A DNA stretch of 64,000 nt, taken from the NCBI GenBank assembly GCA_963719315.1, contig CAVRBU010000005.1, positions 64,001-128,000 on the forward strand. Direction: 5' to 3'. The stretch comes from an uncultured Planctomycetota bacterium. Its GTDB lineage: Bacteria > Planctomycetota > Planctomycetia > Pirellulales > Lacipirellulaceae. Made by a program: the position numbers and the translations under genes. Positions 10,445 through 20,002 of the stretch are shown here, one piece after another. Position 1 is the stretch's first letter; each line of letters begins with the position of its first letter. A model generated the notes under the pieces. That model saw nothing but the letters and a program-made list of their open reading frames with translations, did no database searches and was not told the DNA's origin.

Positions 10445-11200
10445 ATGAAACGAATGCTTGTTCTGATTACCGTTCTGGGCCTCGTGGCCTATGGAACGAG
10501 CGTGGCGAATGCCGTCGTCGTAATTGGCGGCGCCACGAACAATGGCAACATGGATAAAATTTCGGTTTCTAGCCAGGTTTTGGCGACGCCGACCGGCTGG
10601 ATCGCGACTTCCGATCCTGTTGGTTCTCCTCCTGTTTTCGACGGTCTCTCGTCCGAGCCGTGGAACAACATTGGTGATGCAACGGGCGATTGCAACGGCG
10701 GTACGGTCGGATGTGGCGTGTTCATTAAGTCGTTCCAAGGAACTGCCGCGACCCCGTTTAACGCCAGCCTGCACCAGGATAACCCTGGCACGCCCGGCAT
10801 GGCGTACATGCTCCACGGTTGGGTTGGCGCCGGGCCGGGCTATTCGGGATTATCCGACCCTGCGACCAGAACGGAGCTCGCCCTGGAGTTCCTCGATGTC
10901 GGTGGCGTTGCAATCCCTGCGAGTGGCTCAGTGTCAGATCTGGATGCTGGCCTGCTGGCTGCCCAGGGCAACGGCAATCCCTTCAGCTATGACGAATACT
11001 GGGTGATGGCGACCGCGCCTGTCGGCACGGCCACCGTCCGGGCTCGCTTCTCAATGGTCAACGGCTATCCAGTACCCAATGCCGGCGATGCGGCATTAGT
11101 CACGGACTATTACACGCTGACCTGCGTCCCCGAGCCGGCAAGCCTCGCCCTTGGCCTGATCGGCGTACTTGGCTTTTTGGGCATAGGGCGACGCCGCTAA
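10445..11200 (+). CDS. PEP-CTERM protein, one copy of the same repeat as the upstream gene
   Basis: GGAG upstream, signal peptide, VPEPAS-TM-RRR. Confidence 0.85.
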   Translation: MKRMLVLITVLGLVAYGTSVANAVVVIGGATNNGNMDKISVSSQVLATPTGWIATSDPVGSPPVFDGLSSEPWNNIGDATGDCNGGTVGCGVFIKSFQGTAATPFNASLHQDNPGTPGMAYMLHGWVGAGPGYSGLSDPATRTELALEFLDVGGVAIPASGSVSDLDAGLLAAQGNGNPFSYDEYWVMATAPVGTATVRARFSMVNGYPVPNAGDAALVTDYYTLTCVPEPASLALGLIGVLGFLGIGRRR

Positions 11201-11245
11201 GCCTTGGTTCCGTGGAGTCGGCGTCTGAAAGCCGAGTCGCTTTCT

Positions 11246-11284
11246 GGGGACGCTCGTTGCGCAACGAGCGTCCCCTTTTTATTT
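11246..11284 (+). terminator. Rho-independent terminator
   Basis: 30-nt palindrome GGGGACGCTCGTTGC/GCAACGAGCGTCCCC followed by TTTTTATTT. Confidence 0.8.
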
Positions 11285-11336
11285 GCTTCGGAGGAAAGTA
11301 AATGAGAAATTGTATGGACGTGGAAGGTGTTGCAAA

Positions 11337-12785
11337 ATGAAGTCGGTAATCTTCGCGCAGTGTCCGTGGCTCCTGGTGGCCGCCGGTGCGGTCGCGACGC
11401 TGCTGGCATGGTCTCCTGTGCTTCTGGCCGAGCCGGCCATCGAAGCCTCCAACGAAAGCCGGTCCGCCTGGAAGTACGACCTTTCGGCGGAGGACCAGGC
11501 GCTCCTCGACGAGATTCAAAAAGGCTGCTTCCAGTATTTCTGGAAGGAAGTCGGCAGCCCGGCCAAGCTGGCCAAAGACAAAACCAGCGACACGGTTTGC
11601 AGCATCGCCGCGGTCGGCTTTCAGCTCTCTTCGCTGCCGATCGGCGTCGAGCGGGGCTGGATCACTAAAGCGGTAGGCCAAGAACGGGCGCTAACGGTGC
11701 TCCGGTCGCTCGTCGAACGCCAGGACAACAAGAAATTCGGCATTTATCTGCATTTTCTCGACGAGCGAACTGGCGGGCTGCCCCACTACTCACGCACAAA
11801 ATACCACTACGAGCGAACGGCCAGCACAGTGGACCACGCCCTGCTTCAGGCGGGAGCGATGACGGCCGCCTCCTACTTCGGCGGCGAAGTCGCCAAAGCA
11901 GCGGAACCGATCATCCAGGACGCCGATTGGCGGGCGATGTTCGACGATAAAGCCGGCTACTTGAGCATGGGCTGGCGGGCAACGACCGATCGAGGCGTCG
12001 ATGGGCCGGGTGAATTCGCTAAAAACCATTGGGAATGGTGCAGCGACGAGGAGCGGCTGATCTACTTTCTGGCCGCCGGCTCGCCAAACGAGAACCATGC
12101 GATCGAACCCGCCGCCTATTTCCATCTCAAGCGTATTGTCAAGCGGCATGCCGAGCTGCCGAGCTACGTTGTCTCCTGGAACGGATCGCTATTCACTTAT
12201 TTCTTCGCACATTGCTGGATCGACTACCGCCATTTGTCGGCCGACGACCCGGCTGCCTTTGGCGAAAAAGGTCCGCCGGTCGATTGGTTCGAGAACTCGC
12301 GCCGCGCCGTGCTCACGCAACGAGAGCGGTGCATCGAGGTGAGCCATCAGTTCCCAACGCTCGGCGAAAACCGTTGGGGCCTCGCTCCGTGTGCATTCCG
12401 CGACAAGTACCTGGTCCACGAAGTGCGGCCCAACATTCGCGACCACGACGAGTGGTACGACGGCGTTGTGCCTCCCTACGCTGCCGGCTCGGCCATCATG
12501 TTCACGCCCCGCGAAAGCCTGGCGGCACTCCGCGAATACAAGTCACTAATTGGCCCCGATGGTCAGCCGCTCGCCTGGCGCGATCCCGCACGGGGCGGCT
12601 ACGCCTTTGTCGATTCATTCAGCCTGGCCCCGCCTTATGGCCACGACGAAAACCTTGGCATCGACGCCGGCCCTCTGCTGCTGGCAATCGAAAACGTGCG
12701 GAGCGGACTGATCTGGCGCTTGTTCATGGAACACGATGTCGCCAAGCGCACCGCCCAGCGACTGCACCTGCACCGGCGCGAGTAG
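11337..12785 (+). CDS. GH144-like endo-beta-1,2-glucanase (glycoamylase-like domain)
   Basis: LLDEIQKGCFQYFW, SIAAVGFQL..GVERGWIT, STVDHALL, WFENSRRA, LGIDAGPLLLAIENVRSGLIWRLFM; signal peptide. Confidence 0.85.
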   Translation: MKSVIFAQCPWLLVAAGAVATLLAWSPVLLAEPAIEASNESRSAWKYDLSAEDQALLDEIQKGCFQYFWKEVGSPAKLAKDKTSDTVCSIAAVGFQLSSLPIGVERGWITKAVGQERALTVLRSLVERQDNKKFGIYLHFLDERTGGLPHYSRTKYHYERTASTVDHALLQAGAMTAASYFGGEVAKAAEPIIQDADWRAMFDDKAGYLSMGWRATTDRGVDGPGEFAKNHWEWCSDEERLIYFLAAGSPNENHAIEPAAYFHLKRIVKRHAELPSYVVSWNGSLFTYFFAHCWIDYRHLSADDPAAFGEKGPPVDWFENSRRAVLTQRERCIEVSHQFPTLGENRWGLAPCAFRDKYLVHEVRPNIRDHDEWYDGVVPPYAAGSAIMFTPRESLAALREYKSLIGPDGQPLAWRDPARGGYAFVDSFSLAPPYGHDENLGIDAGPLLLAIENVRSGLIWRLFMEHDVAKRTAQRLHLHRRE

Positions 12786-12917
12786 CCACCTGTATAAAAA
12801 CAATGCGAAACGCAATTCGTTGACACGAACGCGCAGCTAAGGCAACCAGTTTGCTGCCTATGTGATGCCAGCCCCGATGGCAGTTTTCTAACTCTGATTC
12901 AGCTAACGATTTACAAA

Positions 12918-12938
12918 GTGGAGGCGGCGGGTATCGAA
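12918..12938 (-). other. Fragment resembling a tmRNA/tRNA 3' end (possible att-site remnant)
   Basis: Minus strand TTCGATACCCGCCGCCTCCAC resembles T-loop plus acceptor 3' strand; the rest of the RNA is absent. Confidence 0.5.
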
Positions 12939-13411
12939 TGCGAATTCAATTCGCGGCAACGACCGCCCAGGCAACTTAGCGAATGCGTCGCGTACGGGCG
13001 GCCTAGATGGGCAACCCCCTATCATTGCCTGACACGATTTTGCTCAGACTCATCAAGGCATAGTGGAGTCTGCCGCCGCACATTGCCACTAATCTTGGAT
13101 TAGCTCTGATTAGCGAAAATTAGCGTTCCTAGCGAAACTTTTTTCAGTTTCTACTGCCGCTTCCTGCGTCCTCGGGCCACTGCGTGAGACAGTGTTGGCC
13201 ATTGGCACGAAACGTTCCATTGGCACGTTCCGTTCCTTGCCGCCTCGATGTCGCTGCCCGCATTCAACTTGCGCAACACGCCTTCTGATGTTGGAACATA
13301 ACGCACCAACTCGCGCTCCCTTCCCAAAAAAACGCATCTCTATGCGCACTCAACCGTAAACGTCATTCGCCGTTTGATGTTACGGCGCAATCTACGCGTG
13401 CGCATCGCGTT

Positions 13412-13427
13412 TGGCACTCGGTTCGCT
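13412..13427 (+). promoter_or_regulatory. sigma54 (-24/-12) promoter
   Basis: TGGCACTCGGTTCGCT, GG-N10-GC spacing, about 50 nt upstream of ATG 13477. Confidence 0.65.
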
Positions 13428-13476
13428 TTAGGGCGGCCATCGTATCTCGGTCACGCAACTTGCTTCGAGTCGTCTT

Positions 13477-13965
13477 ATGGTCCACGAAATCACGAACAGT
13501 GGAATCATCGTCACGCTGGCCGCGCCCACAACCGCGCTGGTCGACGAACTGATCGCGCTCTGCGATTGGCCCGTAATCTCGCGGCCGAGCGCCCGCACGT
13601 TGTTCCAACAGATCGAAACGCGTCGCCCGGCGTGCCTGCTGTTCTGGCTCGAGGCCGACAGCACTATCGCATCGGCGGCGCAGCTCGTCACGCTGCTGCG
13701 CGATCGTGGTCCTCGTCCTTACCGCATCGCCGTCGCCCACTGCCTCGACGCGAGCGTCGAACCTACGCTCCGCTCGGCCGGCGTACACAGCTACTTCGCT
13801 GTCACCGGCAATCTCCGTGCATTCATCGACGAAACGCTACTGCCGTTCGTCGATCAACATTGCGTCGCCTCCCGCGCCCGCTCCGCTCGCGCACTCAATG
13901 CGCCCGTCGCCATTCGCGGGCCGACGGAAGCCCGCGCTTCGCCGGCCTCCATGCGGCCGCCGTGA
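13477..13965 (+). CDS. Degenerate receiver (CheY-like) domain protein
   Basis: REC-like pattern RPACLLFWL...IAVA...LRSAGVHSYF; phospho-acceptor Asp not evident. Confidence 0.55.
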   Translation: MVHEITNSGIIVTLAAPTTALVDELIALCDWPVISRPSARTLFQQIETRRPACLLFWLEADSTIASAAQLVTLLRDRGPRPYRIAVAHCLDASVEPTLRSAGVHSYFAVTGNLRAFIDETLLPFVDQHCVASRARSARALNAPVAIRGPTEARASPASMRPP

Positions 13966-14054
13966 CAAACGGGCATTGCCTGCCCATCTTCCCTCAACTC
14001 TCACACTCAACCTTTGACCATTCAATCAACCACACGCAATCAAGGAGCCCGCTC

Positions 14055-14294
14055 ATGATCGCCACCATTAACGATTCCCATCGCTTTGACAGTCAATTCG
14101 ACGAGGCATCCGAAGCCCAGCGTTTCGAACGCTTCACATATCGTCAACGCGGCGAATTCCCCGTGCGTTCGCACGCCGCCCGCACCCGCGCAAAGATGCG
14201 CGGCCGCGGCACCTCCGCTGCTCGAACTAAAGCCCACTCGTTCAACGGCGTCAACCGCCGCGGGCGCGGCAAGCAGTGGGCCACGCTCAGTTAA
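14055..14294 (+). CDS. Small Arg-rich protein (79 aa)
   Basis: AAGGAG RBS before ATG; MIATINDSHRF...SFNGVNRRGRGKQWATLS. Confidence 0.65.
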   Translation: MIATINDSHRFDSQFDEASEAQRFERFTYRQRGEFPVRSHAARTRAKMRGRGTSAARTKAHSFNGVNRRGRGKQWATLS

Positions 14295-14352
14295 CCGGCG
14301 CCGGCTCACTCTATTTCATTTGAACACTAACTCGATTAACTGGAGTCCAAAG

Positions 14353-15171
14353 ATGCGTACTTCGCGTCAGCTCTACGCGTGGCTAATCCTAGTCGGATTG
14401 TTCACCGCCCAAGGTCAGGCGAATTGGATGCAATTCGCCGGCGGGCCGGTTGTTTCGACCGGCACTTGGCCCGGCGGCTCGGCGCTCACCGGCACCGCGG
14501 CCGTCACCGCCAGCAACTTCATAAACGGCAACAGCTCGACGCCGTTCATCGGTCTTACGCCCGTGACGGTCGGGCCCGCGCTCTCGCCCGATTACGTTGC
14601 CACCACCTTACAGCCCAATCCAGGTAACTTGGTGACGCTCATCGGAACTCCTTACAACGACGCCGGAGATAAGTATCGCGTCGTGGTCGATTTTTCCGGC
14701 ACGAGTAGTAGCTCCAGCTCGGGCGTGCTGCCGGCCGGATCGATCTTCGCGATGATCGACCTCGACATCGTGGAGAACTACCGCAACATCAGGGCCGCGG
14801 ATGCGTCCAATGTTCCGATTACGACACCTTGGATCAACGGTCCCAACGGGTACTTCGATATGAACTCGCCGATGATCCCTCAGGGCTCGTTGATCCCGAA
14901 TCCGACGATTACAGGCCCGGTCGGCGGCGTCTATCAAATGTTCGGCGTGTCCTACAACTTCAACGTCGGCATGTGGTTGTTCAAAACGACGCAAGACGTT
15001 CGGAGGATCGCGTTCGACATGGAACGCGGCACTGGCAACAACGCGATCGGCGGCGGCGGCGCCGGCTGGGCGTTTTATGCGCCGCCGGGCGTTCCGGAGC
15101 CTACGTGCGGGGCTCTTATCGGCTGGTGTTTGTTCGTGGCGATCGGTCTACCAATCCGGAGGCGAAGATAA
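14353..15171 (+). CDS. PEP-CTERM protein
   Basis: GGAG RBS, signal peptide MRTSRQLYAWLILVGLFTAQGQA, VPEP-TM-RRRR. Confidence 0.85.
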   Translation: MRTSRQLYAWLILVGLFTAQGQANWMQFAGGPVVSTGTWPGGSALTGTAAVTASNFINGNSSTPFIGLTPVTVGPALSPDYVATTLQPNPGNLVTLIGTPYNDAGDKYRVVVDFSGTSSSSSSGVLPAGSIFAMIDLDIVENYRNIRAADASNVPITTPWINGPNGYFDMNSPMIPQGSLIPNPTITGPVGGVYQMFGVSYNFNVGMWLFKTTQDVRRIAFDMERGTGNNAIGGGGAGWAFYAPPGVPEPTCGALIGWCLFVAIGLPIRRRR

Positions 15172-15251
15172 TGTTCCGACCCAGTCGGTGATTCATGTCA
15201 GCACTCAACCCTAATTGTAATTCGAAAACCTTTTTCAACTGGAGAAATCTC

Positions 15252-16325
15252 ATGAACTTTTCGACCACACGAATGACTGTCTGGCTCGCCCTTGTGGCGG
15301 CGAGCACCATCCTCGCGACGCAGTCGCAAGGCGACCCGCTGCCGGGCCGCGATTTGCTGAAGTTCGATCAGCAACCAATGGATAAAACGCCCATTGTCGA
15401 TTCGACGGGCGTGACGATTGGTATCTACGGCGGCCACGACGAACTGAGCACGGCCTACGGTTTTGTAAATCCGAACGGCGTAATCACGGACTACAACGGC
15501 CCCTTCATGGCCGACGACTTCGCCGATAACCTCACCAGTCCCGTCGTTCACGTGAAGTGGTGGGGTTCCTATCTCAATAACAACAACGCCGCGTTCCCGC
15601 CGCAACCGCCTGTGCAGAAGTTTCTGATCGCATTCGAGACGGACGTACCGGCAGGTCCCGCTCCAAGCTTCAGCACGCCAGGCCAAGTGCTGCAGGCCGA
15701 CGTGGTAACCGCTGGACCATTATCTCCCGGCTCCGGCACCTTTACAGAAAAGCTCATCCGCGGCCCAGACCCGATCCTCGGTGAGTCGCTCTACGAGTAC
15801 AACGCCGAGTTGCATCTCGGTCACGAGTTCTTCGAAAAGAAGGACACCGTCTATTGGTTGAAGATTGCCGCGCTGGTTGATGTTCCGGCCGGAATCAACT
15901 TCCCGGTCAACATGCCACCACTAGGCATCACCCAATGGGGCTGGCACAACCGCGACTACACCATTAAGGACACACTTGCTTCGCCGGTCCCAGTGCCTGG
16001 CGAGTACGTTGACGGCGTGGTCGGCGCCAACAACATTTACCACTTCCAGGATGATGCCGTCACCGGCGACTTGCGATACACAACCGTGCCGGGCGCACCG
16101 AACTTCGGCGTCTTTCAACCGCCGCAGAACATGTCGCCGACAAACTATATGGGCTTTACCGACGGTCCCAACACCGGCCAGATTCCCGGTCAGCTTGGCA
16201 TCGACGGTCATTCCAAGGATCTCGCCTTCAGTTTGTACACGGTCGTGCCCGAGCCGGCTACATGCCTGCTACTCGTTTGCGGAACGCTGGGCTTAGGCTT
16301 AGTGCAACGCCGGCGTCGTGGTTGA
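15252..16325 (+). CDS. PEP-CTERM protein (ADDF...VHVKWWGSY domain)
   Basis: GGAG RBS, signal peptide, VPEPAT-TM-RRRR. Confidence 0.85.
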   Translation: MNFSTTRMTVWLALVAASTILATQSQGDPLPGRDLLKFDQQPMDKTPIVDSTGVTIGIYGGHDELSTAYGFVNPNGVITDYNGPFMADDFADNLTSPVVHVKWWGSYLNNNNAAFPPQPPVQKFLIAFETDVPAGPAPSFSTPGQVLQADVVTAGPLSPGSGTFTEKLIRGPDPILGESLYEYNAELHLGHEFFEKKDTVYWLKIAALVDVPAGINFPVNMPPLGITQWGWHNRDYTIKDTLASPVPVPGEYVDGVVGANNIYHFQDDAVTGDLRYTTVPGAPNFGVFQPPQNMSPTNYMGFTDGPNTGQIPGQLGIDGHSKDLAFSLYTVVPEPATCLLLVCGTLGLGLVQRRRRG

Positions 16326-16516
16326 TCGTCGCTCGAACGTGAACGGCTCCTAAGCACAGGCCCTTCCCGGTCGCCGGGGAGGGTCTGTTGCGTTTGCTTA
16401 TTTCCCCTCCCTCGTAGGAAGGGGCCAGGGGAGGGGTCGCGTTCGACGGTCTATGCACTACGCGATATCGCACGATGGGTTTGCTTGGTTTTCTGGATTA
16501 AAGTAGAAGACTCAAT

Positions 16517-18891
16517 ATGCGTGGATACGATCAATCGCATAGGGCTTCCACAATGCTACATCGCCTCTTTCTGGCCGCACTACTGATACTGTTTGCAGAA
16601 GCCACCGCCCGAGCTGCCAGCGTTGTCAGTTACGGCGCCAATGGAACCGATACAATTGACGACAAGGCGGCTTTTCAGAATTGCATCAATGCTAACACGC
16701 TGATCGACATTCCGGCTGGAACCTACTACATCTCGAAGAAGCTCAGCTTGCCCGCCAATCGCACGTTGCGCGGCGTCTTGAAGAATCCTGACGCGGTCAT
16801 ACTCAAGCTGGTCGGCGCGATTGATGGGATCGATGTCGGTCCAGCCGCGAACACGACCGTTCAAGATCTATCCCTTGACCGTGTGAGCCCCAATACGGCG
16901 ACTCGCGCGATGGTGTATTCGGGATCAAGCAACTTCACTGTGCGGCGTGTCAATGTGCTCAACCACCGTAGCACCGCACCTGCCATCATCGTCAATCTCG
17001 GAACCAAGGGCTTGATTGAGGATTCCTTGGTTAGCTACTATGGTTGGTTCGATACCGGGTTAAAACAAGTGCGAGGCGTCGGTATTCGACTATCCGATTG
17101 CGTAGACTCCGTCGTCCGAAACAACCGGGTGATTGAGAACCAAAACTTGATCCCAGCTAACCCCGTTTCTAATTTTTACCAGGCGGGAGGCATTGAAATC
17201 AGTGGTAATGCGCGGGCAGTCGTGGAATACAACACGGTCGTCACTGCAGGTAACGGAATCGACGCCGGCCAAGCCAGCGGCAGTGTGCTGCGATTCAACA
17301 CCGTCCGGAACGCGCACGAAGCTGGGATCAAACTAGTCAATGGTGCGCACGATAATACGATTTTCGCCAACGTGGTGGATAAGGTTGGCATTGCCAATAT
17401 TTGGTTGACCCCAGGCAGTTTAGGTCCCGAGCAAGCGCAATTTACAACAACACGATCCGGGGCAATGTCCTGCGTGGCACGGGACTAGGAATCGGTATCG
17501 GCTACTGGTCCGTGCCCAACTATCGGCCCAGTGGCATCGTCCTGGAGGGTTCCAATAATACGGACACCGTTGTGGCCCGAAATAATACGATTGCCAACAA
17601 CTCGATCCAGCCCACACGTAAGCTGGTCAATCCCGTCGAGGTATACAACGGATTCGCGTATGACCCCTATGGCAACGCGATTTCTGGGAACATGTTGCGG
17701 CCGATTGAGCGCGATGATTACTGTTTCTTTCGTCCTGGCAGCGGCGCCGGTTTGTGGCGCGCCGTGCTGAACGCCGGCGGTAGTCCGCCCGATATCGACG
17801 GCATAAGTGGCGACTTTGTGTTGAGCGGCCAGTTCGGCAATGGCTCCTCAAACGACCTTGCGTTGGTGGGCGACATCAATGGCGACGGAGCCGATGACCG
17901 CGTCGTCTACAACACAGCTACCAACGCGTGGATCTGGGACTCCGCGCCGCGGACTGGCTTCGCCGTGCGTGGCGGATTTGGTGATGGTGATGGTTCGGCT
18001 GAGCAAGCCTCGAACGCATTTGGCCAGCCCGGTGATGTGCCCTTGATCGGAGATATCAATGGCGACGGAGCTGCCGATCGCGTTATGTTTCGCCCAAGCG
18101 ATTCATCCTGGCACGTCGATCTGTCGACCATCCCAGTCTGGCCGTACAACCCGGTGACTCAGGGTTTTGGCGATGGAGTCGAAGATGTACTTGGCGGCAA
18201 CGCCATTTACAACGCCGGGGGAGTGGTGATCGGCCAGGTCGCACTGTCCGATTATGACGGCAACGGAATTGCCGATCGAACCCTATTCAGCGCCGGCGGA
18301 TTTTACCGGTCACTTAATCCGGGCGGCGGCGCGTGGAGCACAGGCGGCGATAACGCAAGCGTGGGAGTCGGGCTAGGCGATGCCGACTTTATTCCGCCTG
18401 CAGAACTCGGAGATTTCGATGGCGACGGCCTCAGCGACAACATCGCTTGGAACGGCATCGGCAATTCTACGGTTTTCGCACGCCTCTCTACGACCTTGCC
18501 CCCCTGGAGTGAGACGCCGACCGTCAGTGGCAACCACTACGGTGACCCCAATCAAGACACCTCCTTCTTCGTAGGCGACTTCGATCTGAGCGAGTTCCTG
18601 CTTGCGCCCTTGCCACCCGGAGATTACAACGCAGATGGCAGCGTCGATGCGGCCGATTATGTGATTTGGCGGGAGACAATGGGCCGGAACGGGACGGGTC
18701 TAGCTGCCGACGGTAACGGCGACGGCTCGGTAGATGACGCCGACTATGATTTGTGGAGGACGCACTTCGGTGAAACGATGGCATCGGCCTTCAGTTCTAC
18801 GGCGGGAAATAACGTGCCTGAACCATGTAGCCCTGTTTTCCTACTCCTCACCTTGGTTTCATCCAAGCTGCGGCGCCGCTCAGAATGCTGA
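16517..18891 (+). CDS. Secreted beta-helix (pectin-lyase-like) + FG-GAP-like repeats + dockerin-like + PEP-CTERM protein, frameshifted near 17420
   Basis: YGANGTDTIDDKAAFQ...IPAGTY beta-helix start; GDINGDGADD repeats; GDYNADGSVDAADY; VPEP; two overlapping ORFs. Confidence 0.75.
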
Positions 18892-18907
18892 GTTGAATTG
18901 ATTATCT

Positions 18908-19177
18908 CCCGCTGCCGGGGCGCGATTTGCTGAAGTTCGATCAGCAACCAATGGTTAAAACGCTCATTGTCGATTCGACGGGCGTGACGATTGGTATCTA
19001 CGGCGGCCACGACGAACTGAGCACCGCCTACGGCTTTCCCACCCCGAATGGCGTCATCACCGATTGCAGCGGCCCAATTATGGCCGACGACTTCCTCACG
19101 AGCCCCGTCGTCCACGTCAAGTGGTGGGGTTCTTACCTCTACAACAACAATGCCGCGGTCCCGCCGCAACCGCCGGT
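18908..19177 (+). pseudogene. Truncated diverged copy of the 5' part of the 15252 PEP-CTERM gene
   Basis: Aligns by eye to ~15335-15613 with a 9-nt deletion; no signal peptide, no C-terminus. Confidence 0.85.
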
Positions 19178-19338
19178 TGCGTTGGTTTTCCGCCAAACAG
19201 CCACCGTTTAGCCGCGACATGAAGAGGATCGCTCCGCCCTTTTTCCATGCAATTCCTTTGTTGCCATTCGCCCGCCGCTTTCCCTACAATACAACGCATC
19301 GCCGCCCGCTCACTTGCGGACTCAACGCGACACCCGCC

Positions 19339-19746
19339 ATGCGTCGAACCCTTCACAAACTCCTGACTTACACGCTGCTGGCCACATATGCCGGCATTTC
19401 GTTGCTTGGCCAGGGTTTGCATTGGCTCACGCCCGACGACTGCCACCACCACGGTCTGAGTGTCGTCGCCTGCACCGCACACGACCACGATCATTGCGTT
19501 CACCGCGAGATTGAAGCTCAAAGCTCGGCCCGCCCAATCCTAATCGCCAGTGGCCGAATCCCCGATTCGCACACCTGCGAAATCTGCGAGTTCCTGATCC
19601 AAGCGGTCAGCCAACCGCCGCAAGTCGACGCGACGCCTGACCTGCACGTTCTCATCGCCGACCTGCCTTGCGACGCGCAGGGCCTCTATTCGCCAACCAT
19701 TCTCGGCCTCCACGCCGCCCGCGGTCCGCCGCCGTTTCTCGCCTAA
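19339..19746 (+). CDS. DUF2946/CruR-like protein (His-rich, CxxC, C-terminal RGPP)
   Basis: Hydrophobic N-terminus, CHHH..HDHDHC, HTCEIC, ends LHAARGPPPFLA. Confidence 0.75.
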   Translation: MRRTLHKLLTYTLLATYAGISLLGQGLHWLTPDDCHHHGLSVVACTAHDHDHCVHREIEAQSSARPILIASGRIPDSHTCEICEFLIQAVSQPPQVDATPDLHVLIADLPCDAQGLYSPTILGLHAARGPPPFLA

Positions 19747-20002
19747 GACTCACTCTTCCACTGGAGGAGAGCTGGGTTGCTCGAAACTCGCCGATGCGAG
19801 TTGAGGGTGCTTTCATCACGATGCGCCTTACCTCACTTCGACGAAGTCTTGCGTCGATGTAGCCTCGCGTTCCGTTTAGTAGCAGGCATGTTTCGCATGC
19901 CGTCACCATGCGCGCCCACACATCCCCGCGGGCTGAATTCGCACTGCCAATTCGCATTGCGCTGCCCCTGTGCTCGCGTCACACCATATATAAGGACCCG
20001 TC

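Noticed and set aside
12918..13103. Complete tRNA/tmRNA gene, or real MEAAGIE ORF
   Set aside because: Only ~21 nt match an RNA 3' end; no cloverleaf; the ORF start coincides with that fragment
13199..13236. TGGCACG copies as sigma54 promoters
   Set aside because: No GC at the -12 position; kept only as a direct repeat
13374..14352. Long ORF 13374-14294 and N-terminal extension of ORF 14086
   Set aside because: Better explained by three shorter genes starting at 13477, 14055 and 14353, the last two with clear RBS
15335..19177. DGR template/variable repeat pair
   Set aside because: Differences are not adenine-specific, many are synonymous, the repeat is N-terminal, and no reverse transcriptase is in the window
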